A stretch of DNA of 64,000 nt from Octopus sinensis (taxonomy: Eukaryota), in assembly GCF_006345805.1 (NCBI RefSeq), contig NC_043001.1, positions 110,608,001 through 110,672,000 of the forward strand, read 5' to 3'. This document shows, in pieces, positions 38,900-53,265 of this stretch. Position 1 is the first letter of the stretch; each line of letters starts with the position of its first letter. The notes beneath the pieces are model-generated. The model made no database searches and had not been told where the DNA came from. It was given only the letters and a program-made list of their open reading frames with translations. The position numbers were made by a program, and so were the translations under genes.

Positions 38900-38941
38900 A
38901 TAAATAGACAAATAGATATACAGACAGATAGATAAATAGAT

Positions 38942-38984
<43 letters not shown>

Positions 38985-39149
38985 AGATGCATAGATACAC
39001 ACAAACATCTATATGCAGATAAATAGATAGATAGATAGATAGAAAGACAGACAGACAGATAGACAGATAGATAGATTGATAGATAGATAGGTAGGTAGGT
39101 AGGTAGGTTGGTAAGTAGATAGATAAATAGATAGATAGATGGATGGATT

Positions 39150-39217
<68 letters not shown>

Positions 39218-39230
39218 TGTAGGTAGCTAG
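38900..39230. repeat. (GATA)n/(GACA)n/(GGTA)n compound microsatellite
   Basis: Seen directly in the sequence. Confidence 0.9.
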
Positions 39231-39260
39231 ATAAATTGAGAAACAAAAACAGTTCCTTTA

Positions 39261-39301
<41 letters not shown>

Positions 39302-39640
39302 TGCAAGTACATTTTCAGATTTATATATTTCATATTAGGCTGGATATCTTTTAGATATTCACAGATCAAAATGTCCTGATAGATAATATATCAGTCATTC
39401 TGTAAATACAGTCCAGTCTGCAAACCCAAATATTTAGATAGTAAACATAATCATTTAAAATGAGCCACTCCTAAATTATTATAGCCAATACGTTCCCTTC
39501 ATCGGCTGTAACAGTTCTTCTTGTTTTTATATGAGAATTTCTATTTCGAAGCTAAATATGAAGTCTATATATCTCATATGTCTAAATAATCACTTCTATC
39601 GTATACGTGTGTTTATATATGTGTGAGTATTTATATATAT

Positions 39641-39759
<119 letters not shown>

Positions 39760-40341
39760 TGTATGTATGTATGTGCGTCCTAAGAACGTGCACGTATATA
39801 TATATATATATACATATACATACATATATACATAGGTACCTATATATGTAGGTTATGTGGGTATAAAACTATATAATATATAAGTATACATATGTGTGTG
39901 TGCGTTTACATATATATATATATATTTATATATATATGTATGTATATACGAACGTATGTATGTATACACACATATTCATAAATATTTGAGCTCACGATAT
40001 ATGTAGTTATGTCAAAGTGTGATTCTATATATATAAATATATGAACGTGTATCTATGTGTATACGTGAATGTGTGTGAGCGTGTTTCAATGTATCAATAT
40101 CACACACTCACATAATTACAAATACACGCACCTACATGTATCCATATATTCCTGCTCGTACAGAATGTCGTACAAAATATTAAAGAGAAATAAATAAAGT
40201 GGCCTTGTTTGTTTAGCTGCTAAATTCTACAGCGCGGTCAGGAGCGTAGACGTACATATGTTCGCACACACGTGAATACATACATAGAAACACGCTCACA
40301 TATGCATATACTAAGCACATTATACTTACATCTCTCTCTCT

Positions 40342-40384
40342 CTATATATATATATATGATATATATATATATATTATATATATA

Positions 40385-40415
<31 letters not shown>

Positions 40416-40449
40416 ATATTGTGTGTGTATGTGTATGCGTGTACATATA

Positions 40450-40538
<89 letters not shown>

Positions 40539-40559
40539 GTATATATATATATACATATA

Positions 40560-40610
<51 letters not shown>

Positions 40611-40684
40611 CCGCAGCTCTGAGCTGAAACAAGCAAAAGAAATATATATACATGTATTTATAAATAAATGTATATATATATATA

Positions 40685-40730
<46 letters not shown>
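40342..40730. repeat. (TA)n tract carrying a 32-bp LINE-tail insert at 40610-40641
   Basis: The insert GCCGCAGCTCTGAGCTGAAACAAGCAAAAGA matches the CR1-like tail at 1338-1360. Confidence 0.8.
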
Positions 40731-40733
<3 letters not shown>

Positions 40734-40759
40734 ACACATGCATCCATATATTTGTATAT

Positions 40760-40950
40760 TTTACTTGTTTTCGTGACTGTACTGCGGCCGTTCTGTAACA
40801 TCGCCCACATAGCTTACTTGTAGGCCTGGTAGTCAGTATTTCGGGTTCTTTCCCGAATTGTTAGGTTACCGGAGCACAAAGATAACACACTGGCTTTTGA
40901 ACAAACGCACAGAAATTCACACACTCAAACACACACACACACACACACGT
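40760..40950 (-). mobile_element. Degenerate SINE family B 3' half
   Basis: TTTTACTTGTTT...ACTGCGGCCG...ACACTGGC resembles the reverse complement of the B tail. Confidence 0.5.
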
Positions 40951-41074
40951 ATATATATTATACAAACACAGTACCGTATGTGACATACTCTTGTACAGAA
41001 CCATCTTCCTTGAGCTCTTATATGCAAATGGGATGTAGGCTTCCATGGAAAAGGATAGAATATTCATTTCCTGC

Positions 41075-41380
41075 TACACATAGAGTAGTATCATTACGAG
41101 ACCACGTTCGAGTTTAGATAATTCAAAAACAGAATTGAGTAATCGATGTGATTGCTGAGTACTGAAAACACAAGCTCCGTTAGACTGATCTTGTTGCAAG
41201 GCTCACAGGCAACAGGTGGTGTACTGCAACTGACGAATGGTATCCCAGAAATCGATGAATGTCACTTCGAAGTTCTCCACGACGAAGGGAAGCCGATTTA
41301 GATAAGTAATTTGGTTCGAGATGGAAAAGAATGGCGCAATCCAGACAGAATTGGAAGCACATTTATAAATGTAGCAGACC
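41075..41380 (+). mobile_element. RTE-clade LINE 3' fragment, third lineage
   Basis: SLRDHVR...DVIAEY..KLR*TDLVARLTGNRWCTATDEWYPRN...GSRWKRMAQSRQNW is a degenerate WAGHVAR..DNRW..EW.PR motif. Confidence 0.7.
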
Positions 41381-42016
41381 GGTTTATGTGCTTACCTTTT
41401 GTTTCCCGTCCATAAAGGGTTTAGCTTAATGGCGTATCACCTGATCCCAACAACCTGTTGGACAATGACGTCTTAAGAATATCTTTTGAAGAGGTCATGG
41501 ACCAACAGATTTTCGAGATCTAACGATACGCTAGAAGCTTAAACTCTTTATGAACGGGAAACATAAGTTAACCTCATAAACCGGCCTTCCCCCATCTTTA
41601 ATATATACTGCCTTATATTGTAGAGTGTGCTTCCTCATTCCGTTTTTGTTTTCTTCAAACGATTTATATATATATATATATATATTATATATATGTATGT
41701 GAAATACAAAAATGGGACAAAAACGCAAAACATCAAGGCAGTTTGGTGATACAAAAAAAGGGCAACAAAACATCCAGACAGACGAAACAAGAATGGGTCA
41801 TTCGGAGTTTTCTTTCCTCAGTCCATTTCCAGATTATCTTTGCAATTTCAGCTGATTATACTCGATATTGCTCCAATCTAGCCAGCCCCAAGGAAAAACT
41901 AAGCTAAGAGCATTAGATTCTTTGGAAGAAAGCACCGAATATATTCCAAAACAAGAACGGGAAAAATGATAGAAATGTTACACATATACAGATGCAATTA
42001 ACAGGATATAACAACA

Positions 42017-42243
42017 GGTGTCTTTCGACTAAGGACGAATTAAATTAAGCTGGCGTGTGTGGAAGTAAAGCATTGCGGCAGGGACATAAGTTTTAACAGA
42101 CACAGGGAGGAATATACTGGTTCGACTACCATCCGTGCAACATCTATATTCTTCCCTGTTAATAATTCTTCCCTGTCTCTGCCGTAAGGCTTTACTTCCA
42201 CACACGACAGCTTAATTTAATCCCTCCTTAGTCGAAATACACC
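42017..42243. repeat. Long inverted repeat with ~70-bp arms plus inner 15-bp arms
   Basis: 42017-42086 is complementary to 42174-42243, and 42102-42116 to 42145-42159. Confidence 0.9.
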
Positions 42244-43489
42244 ATATAATTCCAATAAGGGGCAAATAATTCAGGAGAAAATATTTGCGAAGATATCATT
42301 AGTTCTATTATTATGAAGGATAGAATTATTAAATTGATAATAACAGAATTAGTAATATAGGCGTTTGCAGGCCCCAAAAAGCATTAAATAGCTGAAGGAT
42401 TAAAATGTATATTAATCGAAGGGACTACTGTGTATGTCTACCTGCCGAAAATAGTGGTCAAATTCTTATTTAGACCACCGGAAAAATGGTAACAGAAATT
42501 TTAGATTGCTTTCCTCGTTTCAACACGCTGTGCATTTACAGTGAAAAATAATGTATGCGGTTAGACGATCTAAGGTCTATTTTTCTGCATATTGTTATGG
42601 AAAATTTTTCTTTGCCAATTTATCTCAAAATTTTACATTTGAAATGTTGGCATGATGGTGATTAAGAACTTGATTAGTCTAATAACTTTTCCACATCATA
42701 AACGCAGCTCTGACCTGAAACTAGAGAGAAAAAAAATCAGCAAAGCATACTGAGGGTAATAATTGAGATATTTATACATACACACGGGAAATCAAATGCA
42801 ACGCTATGATTACATACAAATATCATCAATATATCCGCATCGAATTTCGTAGTCTATACCGGCCTGTGTGTATTTGGTCAGAATAATACAGAAGTGACTA
42901 GACTCTACCGAAGTGAATGGAAGTTATTCAATTATAATAACGAAGGACAAAACCGTCGTTAAAGACTTTACCACTGGGCAGTATATAAACCGGGCCTGTG
43001 GTATATAATAGTATAATATACGATTATAATTAAGAGCATAGAAGACACCACGCCTATGCTGAAAATGGACGCTAAATTGTCAAAACGCTTAAAATTATCA
43101 CTTATGTAGTACACACGTTGAAATCGAGGGAGGTAGCTGACAGAAATTCATAAAATGATAATAATACAATTAGTTTTGATTGATAAATTTCTGGACTAAC
43201 CTAATTACTTTTCCTCATCAGCAAGGGAAATAAAAAAGAGATATTTATACAAGCCTACAGGAAAGCGAACTATTACAAATGTCTATATATGAATTCAGAT
43301 TAATAGGTCTATCTTATATGCTGGCCACTGATTAAATTGTTAATTTGTTAATGATCTTATCCTTTATGTATGTATGTATATGTGTATGCATGTATGAATG
43401 CATATATATATATATATATATATATAAGTTTCCACATAGACATATATACATAATTTATTATCAGAAAGTGATAACAGGTCGATTGTCAG

Positions 43490-44900
43490 TTTGACACTGT
43501 TTCAGATTACAGTTTAATGGATCCAGAGGCTTGTTATAGGATTATTTAGAATTAGCGACGTACATAGAGTCGAGTAGCATTTATATTTACAACTGTATAT
43601 AACGTCAGAGAATGTATTCAACAGCGAGGAGTTCTGGGCCGAAGAATAGCTTGACGCTCTTTTATACATAATTTACATTTACTTATATTTGTATTATACG
43701 AGGGAGGCTCACCTAATATAGACCATGATATGGTATATTGGATATTTTTTGATTGGTGGTTGTATATATCTGTTGCTAAAGATGTAGATAGTTTACATTT
43801 TAGATCAGTAAAACATTCATCTGAGCACGATAACGGCATTTGAAGTCAACCGTGCCTAGTGGGTTCGGGGTGTCATCACACGGCATTTATCGTTTAGGAT
43901 TTTGCGGAGACAGGACCCTGCAGGAGGGCATGTATCAGATTCGCGACAGTAGTCAGCTTTTCTGTTTCCTCCATGATTGGGTTTTACTGTTAGTGATGTT
44001 AAGGTTGGTTGCTTTGCTTTTAGTGGGGGCGGGGATCCATATTGGTATTAGATTAGTATTGAATTGGGAGGTTGTAATGGTACTATTTATTGTCGCATAT
44101 GTGGTGGAGGTGAAATGTTGGCCTAGGTTTAGTATTAGAAACTTGAGTTAGCTTATTACGGTTTGTATTATTGTTATTGTCTAGGCTAGCGTGGGATGCA
44201 GTGCAAGAGTGTAGCTGTTCAAATGACTGGTGTTGGAATTTATGCATATTCGAGGAGGCTATTATATATCCTGAGTTAAGTTTCGTAGAATAGGAGATCT
44301 TCACATGATTTGTTAATGATGGGGAATATTTATGTTGCGGTGGAAAATTAGATTTTAGAATTCTGAAAAATAATTTTGGTAGTGATTTAACTCGGAGCGA
44401 GATTGGTGGTGCAAACTATACGATTTCACGTTTCCTAACCATCAATTTTGTGCAGCGTGTGTGGTTGCCATTGGCTGATTCGAAAATGGAAGTTTGTTGT
44501 TGTTATACGTTGCCGATGGCCAATAATGCGTTGGAGTTCTATTTGAAGTAGGTTTTTTTATATGGAGTTGGTGCATTGGTGTCGAATACAGGTAATGGCC
44601 GTAGAGTCAGTGTCAGTATTGTGGAGGAAATGTGTTATTTAATTTTAAGATTTGTGTTGTGGGTATAATGGATTTTTTCGTGGACACCGCTTATTTGAGG
44701 GGCGTGAGTATTAGCGGACAGGTTAGAAATTCTGATTGATATAGCTGTGACTACGCTATTAAGGGTAAGCTTTGGATGATTAGAGTGGATATTTATATAA
44801 TAAAGATTGGTTAGATTTATAGATGGATTGGTATAAATTAGGGTTTAGATTAAGGGTAATTAGTTATCTTAGTATCATTTTCCAATGAAATACCTACATT
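43490..44900 (-). mobile_element. Decayed Penelope-like retroelement (RT thumb, linker, GIY-YIG endonuclease end)
   Basis: Peptides YINIHSNHPK...IRISNLS, RKREIV.FAPPIS...NFPPQHKY...VKISYS and STSLATDIY...ISWSIL...CKLCIKE. A degenerate hammerhead-like GAAACAGTGTC lies just downstream. Confidence 0.8.
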
Positions 44901-45871
44901 GTAGTTTGTAACCAGCGTGTTTTAAACACTATACCATATATCGTCAATTTCTAGATTCTTGGTCGTTTGTATACATTATCATGTACTGCTGATATTGCTT
45001 CTATTATGAGCATATTGTTAAATGATGTTTTTACTTTCAATATGTAGATGTTCTCTACATATTTGCATTTCTGCTACGGTCCCTTATTTTTTTTCGCATA
45101 ACAAAGTACTATATGACACTTCTTATTTATTTCCTAATGATGGATTGAACAGCGCGAATGCTATATATATTTAAAAACGACTTGGATAGTAAAGCATTTG
45201 CATACACACCAAAATAAATGGGTGTATCCCGAAATCCACGTTATAAAACATAAGCTATTCTGTCATCTGATATTGCCATATAACAATACACGGACGAATA
45301 GAACGACAGTTCCATCTTAATTAATGCCTATGTGTAATATAGAAAACTTACATTAAACGTATTATAGGAATAAAATTCATACTTTCAAATACTGAAGATG
45401 AACACTGTAATATAAATCTGGAAATGATTACATAACGCTAGAGCTTGCAGTAATGATATCTTAGAGAAACTTTATGGAAAACTTTCTCATCTGAGATCAA
45501 ATACAAATAGCAGGCAGTAGATGCAATTAGAAATGACCAATAGAACTTACAAATCAAATTGCAAGTTGTAAAGAAATGATTCTCAAAGCCATAGAGATCA
45601 TACAAATATCAGACTTACGAAACGGATAAAATTACAATTATAACAAGTCTGAATTGCGATTTGATACACAAAACAACATGAGACAAAATTACATGGGAAT
45701 ATATTAATAGAATATAAGGAAAGACGCAGACTCGGTAGATTTCGTAATAAAATAGACAGAAACTAATAGAATATGTACTCCAGTAACACACAATGATGAA
45801 CGAAACAAAAAAAAAAGAAAACTACATAAAAGATATTTGTCATAAACGGCAAAAGAAAAGAGGACGGAAAG

Positions 45872-45905
<34 letters not shown>

Positions 45906-46496
45906 GTAAAATATGAAAAATCAACGGAAATGCATATTGCAAATAGAAAAAGGCTATTTATGACAGGTAGTGACAAATATATACATTTAGAGTGATTGAG
46001 GTAGTAATACGAGTCATAAAGGTCATTATTATGAGATGATTATAAAATGATAATAAAGTAAGAGAACAAAACGAACCAGTGGTTTACTCGAAGATTATTC
46101 ATCGTTTGATATATATATATATATATTTCTGTTTAAACGGAGCGGGGCGTTGATAGTTCGAAACGCACACAAGTTGACATAGTGAATAGATGTTACTATC
46201 TCCAACTGAAAATTGCAAAGTATGTTTTTTCATTCGCAGCATGAAATCAATTGATATTAGGGTATGTAAACTATCTTCAAAATCCATCCTGAAGGTAGGC
46301 CTACTTTTTGAAGTGTTAATTGCATTCACGTGTGTGTATTTACCGTAGCATTGGTGGTTTTTAAAGCTGTTGCTTTCATTTTTGGGAAGTGGTATTATAT
46401 ATATATAATATATATATAGAAAATTCCGAGCGATATATATATATATATTAATATATATATATAATATATATATATAGAGAGAGAAAATTCTGAGCG

Positions 46497-46533
<37 letters not shown>

Positions 46534-46551
46534 GCTCAGAAATTTATTATT

Positions 46552-46608
<57 letters not shown>

Positions 46609-46610
<2 letters not shown>

Positions 46611-46760
46611 TTCCCAGCTATATCGTTCTGGGTTCAGTCACACTACGTTGCATCTTGTAAGGATGTCTTCTACTATAGCCTCAGACGACCAGTTTTTGAG
46701 TGGACTTGGTAGGCGGAAACGGAAAGGAACTTGTCTTATGTGTGTGTGTGAGTGTGTGAG
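46609..46760 (+). mobile_element. SINE family B 5' half, degenerate
   Basis: GGGTTCAGTCACACT...GTCTTCTACTATAGCCTC...GAGTGGACTTGGTAGGCGGAAAC. Confidence 0.75.
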
Positions 46761-48751
46761 TCTGTTTGTGTATGTGTGTGATTTTTTTCTATATGTGTGT
46801 ACATGTTTTATGTATGCATGACTATGTTTCCCATGCGCCTAGTCTCTGTTATGCACCTGTACAGAAAACTTCGCTTTTATGGAATAAACATATTCGCTGT
46901 GTGGTCTTTGCGAACTAAACTATGTTGCAATGCATATAGTCCTATACGTGTATGATGACAATTGTTCCCTAGCTACATATGAGCTGAATGCAAATTAAAG
47001 TGCAAAGATATTTCGTTAGTTCTTTTGTTGAGAGGGTGATAGCGCAAATAATAATATTAAACACAATGAGCCTCGAGACCGTCTTTGAAGAGAGAGGGCA
47101 AATTATTGAAGACTGACACACAAACAATCTACCGATTGTTTAATCTGCAAGCTAAGCGAATGATCGGTTATTTAGTTGGTTAGATATTAAAAATATTGAA
47201 TAGCAATTACAAAGTGGTATTGATCCTTTGCGTGTTCATTCATATTTGCGTAATGATCATTAGTAATCAAATCAGAGTTTGTTTCAACACACGAATTCAT
47301 ATGAAGAATCTTACAAACCAAACCCCAATTCTAGTTTATAAAAATTAGAAGGCGATTATATTCAAACATGCCGAAGTGCGACAACCACGTCGGACTTCTG
47401 GGCATTGGTAAGGGCCTTCTACTACTCATCTTTCGTGAAGTAATTTAATTAAGGTAATGTCTCTACATTGAAGTTCTTAGTACATTACGTATAACAAATC
47501 CTTGCCTTTTGTGCAAGAAATTTTATTAATACTTACTTTAATCTCACGATGCAGTGAGTTCGAAAATTTGTTTACAATACGTTTGAAGATAGATTTCATC
47601 AAATATAAAACCAGATACCTTTTAATGATGGCTGGGCCATCATCGGTCCCAAATGAGTAGACATGTTGGGAAGCAATTTTCGTCATGATCACTTCGTAAC
47701 TATGCAACGCTAATATTAAACCAGTGTTCAAATGACTTCAAATTTCACCTTGATCAACTTTGCTTCTCATTCGTTTGGGGTCGATAAAATAAATACAAAA
47801 TAAACACGGGAATTGAAATAATCAATTAGCCCCCTCTCACCAATTTCTATACATGCTGCCCACACTAAAATGGAAAATAAATATGAAAGCAGCATATACT
47901 TGACTGTTTAATGAGCGTGTGACGTTTCTAGGGCGACCTGCCTGGTATTTACGACAGCTCCATTGTTGTATTTAGGCCATCACAACCGTCTCTGTCATTT
48001 TATATCTTATACCGTTCTAGTGTGTATTCAATAGAATCAGTGAGAGACATGTGAAGGAACATACTTATCATACATGAATAGGAAATAATGAATATATACA
48101 TATTATATTTAACATGCACGAACAATTTATGTCCAATCCATTAAATATATACATATATAATCAATTTCGTATGTTATCGATATGTGTTTTATCGATCCCC
48201 GAGGAATGTAATTCGAAGTTGATTACAACGTAATGTGTAAATAGAAACTACATGAAAGAAACAAGTATAATCTTTACAAGACATTTATCTAGTCGTATAA
48301 TGTTTCTGCCACTTAATTGAAAATATTTTAGATTGGCAAACGGCCAGTGCTTTCGAATGTGATAGAGAAGCAATAAAATCGTCCACTGTACTTTAAAGAT
48401 ATACTGAACACAACGGGTGTTTTCACACCTTTTACCACAAGAGAGATATTTTTTGCCACGGAAAACGCAGTTTATTTGCTTTTTAACTGTTAAAATATTT
48501 CGCAAACATATTTTAACTAACCTAAATTTTGGATATGCTTAAACACTGCTTAAAACTAGCATTACATTATGTGTGTGTGTAGGGTGTGTGTGTGCATGTG
48601 TATATGTGTGTATAGTGTTTGAGCTGGTGCACACACACACACACACACACATATATTTGCATATTAAGGCATACATATCAATATGTAAGTATGTATGTAT
48701 GTATGTATGTATGTATGTATGTATGTATGTATGTATGTATGTATGTATTCG

Positions 48752-49137
48752 TGGAAGCACTCCGTCGGTTACGACGACGAGGGTTCCGGTTGATCCGAAT
48801 AAACGGAACAGCCTGCTCGTGAAATTAACGTGTAAGTGGCTGAGCACTCCACAGACACGTGCACCCTTAACGCAGTTCTCGGGGATATTCAGCGTGACAC
48901 AGAGAGTGACAAGGCCGGCCCCTTGAAATACAGGTACAACAGAAACAGGAAGTAAGGGTGAGAGAAAGTTGTGGTGAAAGAGTACAGCAGGGATCACCAC
49001 CATCCCCTGCCGGAGCCTCGTGGAGCTTTTAGGTATTTTTGCTCAATAAACACTCACAACGCCCGGTCTGGGAATCGAAACCGCGATCCTATGACCGCGA
49101 GTCCGCTGCCCTAACCAATGGGCCATTGCGCCTCCAC
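48752..49137 (-). mobile_element. SINE family A, full length, inserted in (TATG)n
   Basis: Near-identical reverse complement of 19859-20242. Confidence 0.93.
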
Positions 49138-49317
49138 ATGTATGTATGTATGCATATGTTTACGAATATATGATATCGAATGAAAAGGAATCAAACGGAT
49201 AGATATCAGAGCAGCAGATGTCCAGAAGGATTTGAGATCGAAACGTAAATGGAGATAACGAAATTCAACGCTGTCAATTCCGGTCTGTCAAATTTATACT
49301 CTATTGTATAATAACCC

Positions 49318-49512
49318 TATACTCTTTCACCACACCATTCTCTCACACTGTCTTCCTGCTTCTGTTGTACTCTGTGCCACGCTGAATCTTCACAACAATT
49401 ACGTTAAGGGTACACGTGTAATGGATGTAGTCAGCCACTTGCACGTTTATTTCACCAGTAGGCTGTTCCGTTGATCGGATGAACTGGAACCCTCGTCGTC
49501 GTAACCGATCGA
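49318..49512 (+). mobile_element. SINE family A 3' part
   Basis: TACTCTTTCACCAC...CCCTCGTCGTCGTAACCGA, inverted relative to the adjacent full copy. Confidence 0.85.
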
Positions 49513-49919
49513 GTACCGCAATTGCAGATGGTGCTTTCTTTAGCGTTGTCGATGGTGTTATCACGGGTCATGTCATGCTATGGTGTCAGTGGTCTTGGTT
49601 TAGTTGTTTAATTTCTTGTTGTAATTGTTGTTGGTGGTACATTTATTCGTAGGTTCTTTGCTAATGTCAGTGAGAGTGGTAAACGTTATGCGCGTTTGGT
49701 TCCTTGGATTAAGGTTTTGCAGTACCTAGAAGTCAATTTATTTTCTACTACAACCACTCCTCTCTTTAAATTTGTGTTGGGCATCTTGCAAAGAAATATG
49801 TAATTATTGTAATTATATACGTAAAAACGTTTTCGGTACAGGAAAGTATCTGTTTTAGTCTCTCTCTTCTATAACATAAACTTTTTCACGGCGTCACCTT
49901 TGAAAAGGAAATTGTCTAT

Positions 49920-50010
49920 TCAAGGCTTTGGTCGGCCCGAGGCTATAGCAGAAGACACTTGCCCAAAGTGCCACGCAGTGGGACTGGACTGAACTCGGAA
50001 CCATGTGGCT
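49920..50010 (-). mobile_element. SINE family B fragment
   Basis: CAAGGCTTTGGTCGGCCCGAGGCTATAGCAGAAGACACTTGCCCAA. Confidence 0.8.
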
Positions 50011-50328
50011 TGGGTTATTTAAGAAAAATTCCGTCTCGTTGAATGTGATTCGTGATAATGCTAAAGGTAGTAGCCCTGTTAAATAAGAGAAACTAAAAGC
50101 ATATCAAAGTTGTAATTATTAGTTGAGATTTTCGTTTTATCCGTTATGTAAGTAGATGAGCTTCAACATGAAAGGAAAATGAAAGAAATGAAGAAGAACT
50201 CAATTAACAACTAATTATTAACACAAATCTCTTTGATATATGTTTACCATTCGTTTGAAAAATAATTAATTACAATACACATCTTATATATGTACGTAGG
50301 AAGGTATATATGTATGCATGTGTATGTA

Positions 50329-50370
<42 letters not shown>

Positions 50371-50521
50371 GTATGTATGTATGTGTGTATGCATGTATGT
50401 ACATTTATGGTATATCATTTCACACGACTGCCTATATTAATCATGTGTGTGTGTGTGTTTGTGAGAGTATGTATTATAAATTTGCTTTTTGATAAACATT
50501 GCCCTCGGCCGTCTATATTGA

Positions 50522-50568
50522 TCATATATATATATATGTATATATATATGTATATATATATGTATATA

Positions 50569-50610
<42 letters not shown>

Positions 50611-50674
50611 TATATATATACAAATATATACTTATATATATATACATACATATACACATATATATACATACATA

Positions 50675-50770
<96 letters not shown>

Positions 50771-50900
50771 TATACTTATATATATACATATATTTATACA
50801 TATATATATACATATATATAAACATATATATATATATACACTCGTATATACATATGCATATAAACAATATATACACGTGTGTGTGTATGTGTATATATGT
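50522..50900. repeat. (TA)n/(CATA)n tract
   Basis: Seen directly in the sequence. Confidence 0.9.
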
Positions 50901-52045
50901 TTCTCTTTCCATATATGTGTATATGTGAACATATTCATAAACATATGTATTCAGCTGTATAAAATTACGGATAATAACCGAACGAAAAGCTAAAAAACTA
51001 ATAGGAAAGCCTGCTTTACTAGCCACAGGAGGGCAAATCACAAAATAGAATACGAATTCTAGTCTATTGGGAGTGTGCTTATACAATAAAAGGTGAAGGG
51101 TCAAATCGGTAAGACATGACAAAAAAAAAGCAGTTACAATATATAAATGTATAAGACAAAGGCACACACAAAGAGGTACGTAAGTAGTTGTGCGAATGTG
51201 TTTGCGTGTATAATGTTTGTGTGTGCGTATAATGTTTGTGTGTATGTTTTGCTTACATCAATGGTTTGGCGCGTAAACTGTCAGTCCATGTACAAACCAT
51301 GCCAACATGTGAAATGTAGTGAGAATGACGTCGGTTTTGATAACCCATTAGAGATAATTAAGCTTGTATCAAATGACTGACCTTGACCGAAAATTACCCA
51401 GAACATAACAATAGTTCCTTTCATGTTCGACCGGCTCCAGATTTCGTTGACACTTGCATGACAATTGCGAAAATTCTATGAATTTAACAAACACATTACC
51501 AGACTCAAGTCGACACAAAATGCCGCTATTTTATCTTGCTTGTTCTTCTTGTACATCTTCATTGTATTCTTATTTTTACGGGATGTTTTATTATGTTTTT
51601 TTTTCTTTTCTTTTCATTCCTTTCGTTACGCACATACAAACATTTGTGTGTGTAAGTATGCATGTTATCCACGAATTATCGCCGAATGACGCACACAATT
51701 ACACGCTAACACAAACAAAATCACGCGCGCCCATCCACCCTGATACACGCACAGACACACACGCGCTCGCACACACACATACACACAGACACACACACAC
51801 GTGCATGCCCACACACGCACACCTACCTCCTCGAAACAAAGACGCAAGCACACAGACACTGTTTGCAGAGAGGCAAAAACGAAAACACAAAAAATACATA
51901 CATATAAAAATAATACAAACATCCTTAAGCGCTGTGCGTGATTTTGTGAGTGTTTGGGAGGGGAAATAAATTGATTAATATCTGTGAATATTTATATACG
52001 TTCCCATATACAACCATGCATAGACACACACACACACATAATATA

Positions 52046-52706
52046 CAGGCATATCTCGTCCTACGTCATTAATTGGTTTCTTGAGACACGACTTAAGTCG
52101 AAAGACGACTTAGGTCGAATCAACTTATCTCTAGGCTATGCCAAATATACTTGTCTCTAGGTTAAATCGATAATAAGCATTCCCTTTTCTGTACTGTATA
52201 TAGATGCATTTTCAATATTATATGGTTAATAAAAACCTATTTTAAGCTTACAAGCATTTGTTATGTTTTAATAAAGTACAGAAAAAGAAATCTAAATTTA
52301 TGAATATAATTTGTTGGTGTTTACCGTACATCGCAGACGCTTTATTTAGGAATGAACTTTGCAATAAGACATGATAAAATAAAAGCCCTTTTTAAGCTTA
52401 AAACCCAACTTCAGTAATTATAATGGTCACGCGTTCTTTAGACGCCTTGTAGCCTGGAATAGTTTTCTTCTCCTTGGAAATGAATGAACGGCCTGGCAAT
52501 TTCCCCCAATACAATCCAGTTTTCTGTACGTTAAAAATTTTTTCGGGATGAAACCCGTTTTCGTTGATCATTTTGTTTAATGCCTTAGGAAATTCCGCCG
52601 CTGCTTGTTCGTCAGCTGATGCACTTTCACCTTGCTTCTTAATGGAGTGATAACTTCTTCGCTCCTTAAATCTCTTGAACCATCCTTGATTTGCCTTGAA
52701 CACCAA
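52046..52706 (-). mobile_element. Tigger/pogo DNA transposon remnant, internally deleted
   Basis: ORF 52398-52706 reads FKANQGWFKRFKER...GESASAD...IFNVQKTGLYW..LP.RSFISKE...GYKASKERVT (Tigger1/TIGD-like). Terminus TA|CAGGCA at 52046, with two subterminal CGACTTA(A/G)GTCG palindromes. Confidence 0.9.
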
Positions 52707-52845
52707 TTCTGCTTAGCAAAAGTAACCCACTTGGCTCCGTGCATTCGTCGCAATGGCTGCGATATACGACCGCCTCCCATCGGAAAAGGAGCGGTCAGTT
52801 TCGCCCGTTCTGAGTTCGAGAGTAGATCGACGCCGTCAACGTCTC

Positions 52846-53176
52846 AGATGGGTTGAGGACAATAATATGCAGTTTAATAATGGAAAAGTCCAAGCCCTAC
52901 GCTACCAGCACCCAATATTGAACTAAAAATATATAGGGCACACTGGCCCAGTGTGGATTACTATCCTAGAACCTACATCAATGCGTGAACTGGGTATCGA
53001 CATGAATGATGATACCTTTTTCCAAGTGCATATTACCAAGATGGTGACAAAGTGTAGCCGGCTGGCTGACTGGATCCTGAGAACCTTCAGAACCTGTTAG
53101 AAGGAAACCACGAAGGTCCTGTGGAGGAGCTTCCTCTTCACCCACCTGGACTAGTACTCCCAACTATGGTCACCAC
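52846..53176 (+). mobile_element. CR1-group LINE internal ORF2 fragment
   Basis: A single frame with stops: RWVEDNNMQFNNGKVQALRY...RELGIDMNDD.FF..HITKMV.KC.RLADWILRTFRT...LWRSF...LD*YSQLWSP. Confidence 0.88.
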
Positions 53177-53265
53177 AGAATTTGAACTCAGAGCGTAAGT
53201 CGCAGACGAAATATCACTAAGGATTCTCTGTCGTCTGCTAACTATTTTGCTAGCTCGCCATCTTA
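53177..53265 (-). mobile_element. SINE family C head fragment
   Basis: GAATTTGAACTCAGAGCGTAAG...GCTAGCTCGCCATCTT. Confidence 0.7.

Noticed and set aside
48539-49003. Recurrent ORF MVVIPAVLFHHNFLS..., also at 19991 and 60404
   Set aside because: It is read-through of SINE family A; the recurrence reflects the repeat, not a gene family.
50415-51167. Long ORFs rich in YI/HT/CV/YLSI, such as this 250-aa frame and many others
   Set aside because: They are translations of (TA)n, (CA)n and (TCTA)n microsatellites, which lack stop codons.
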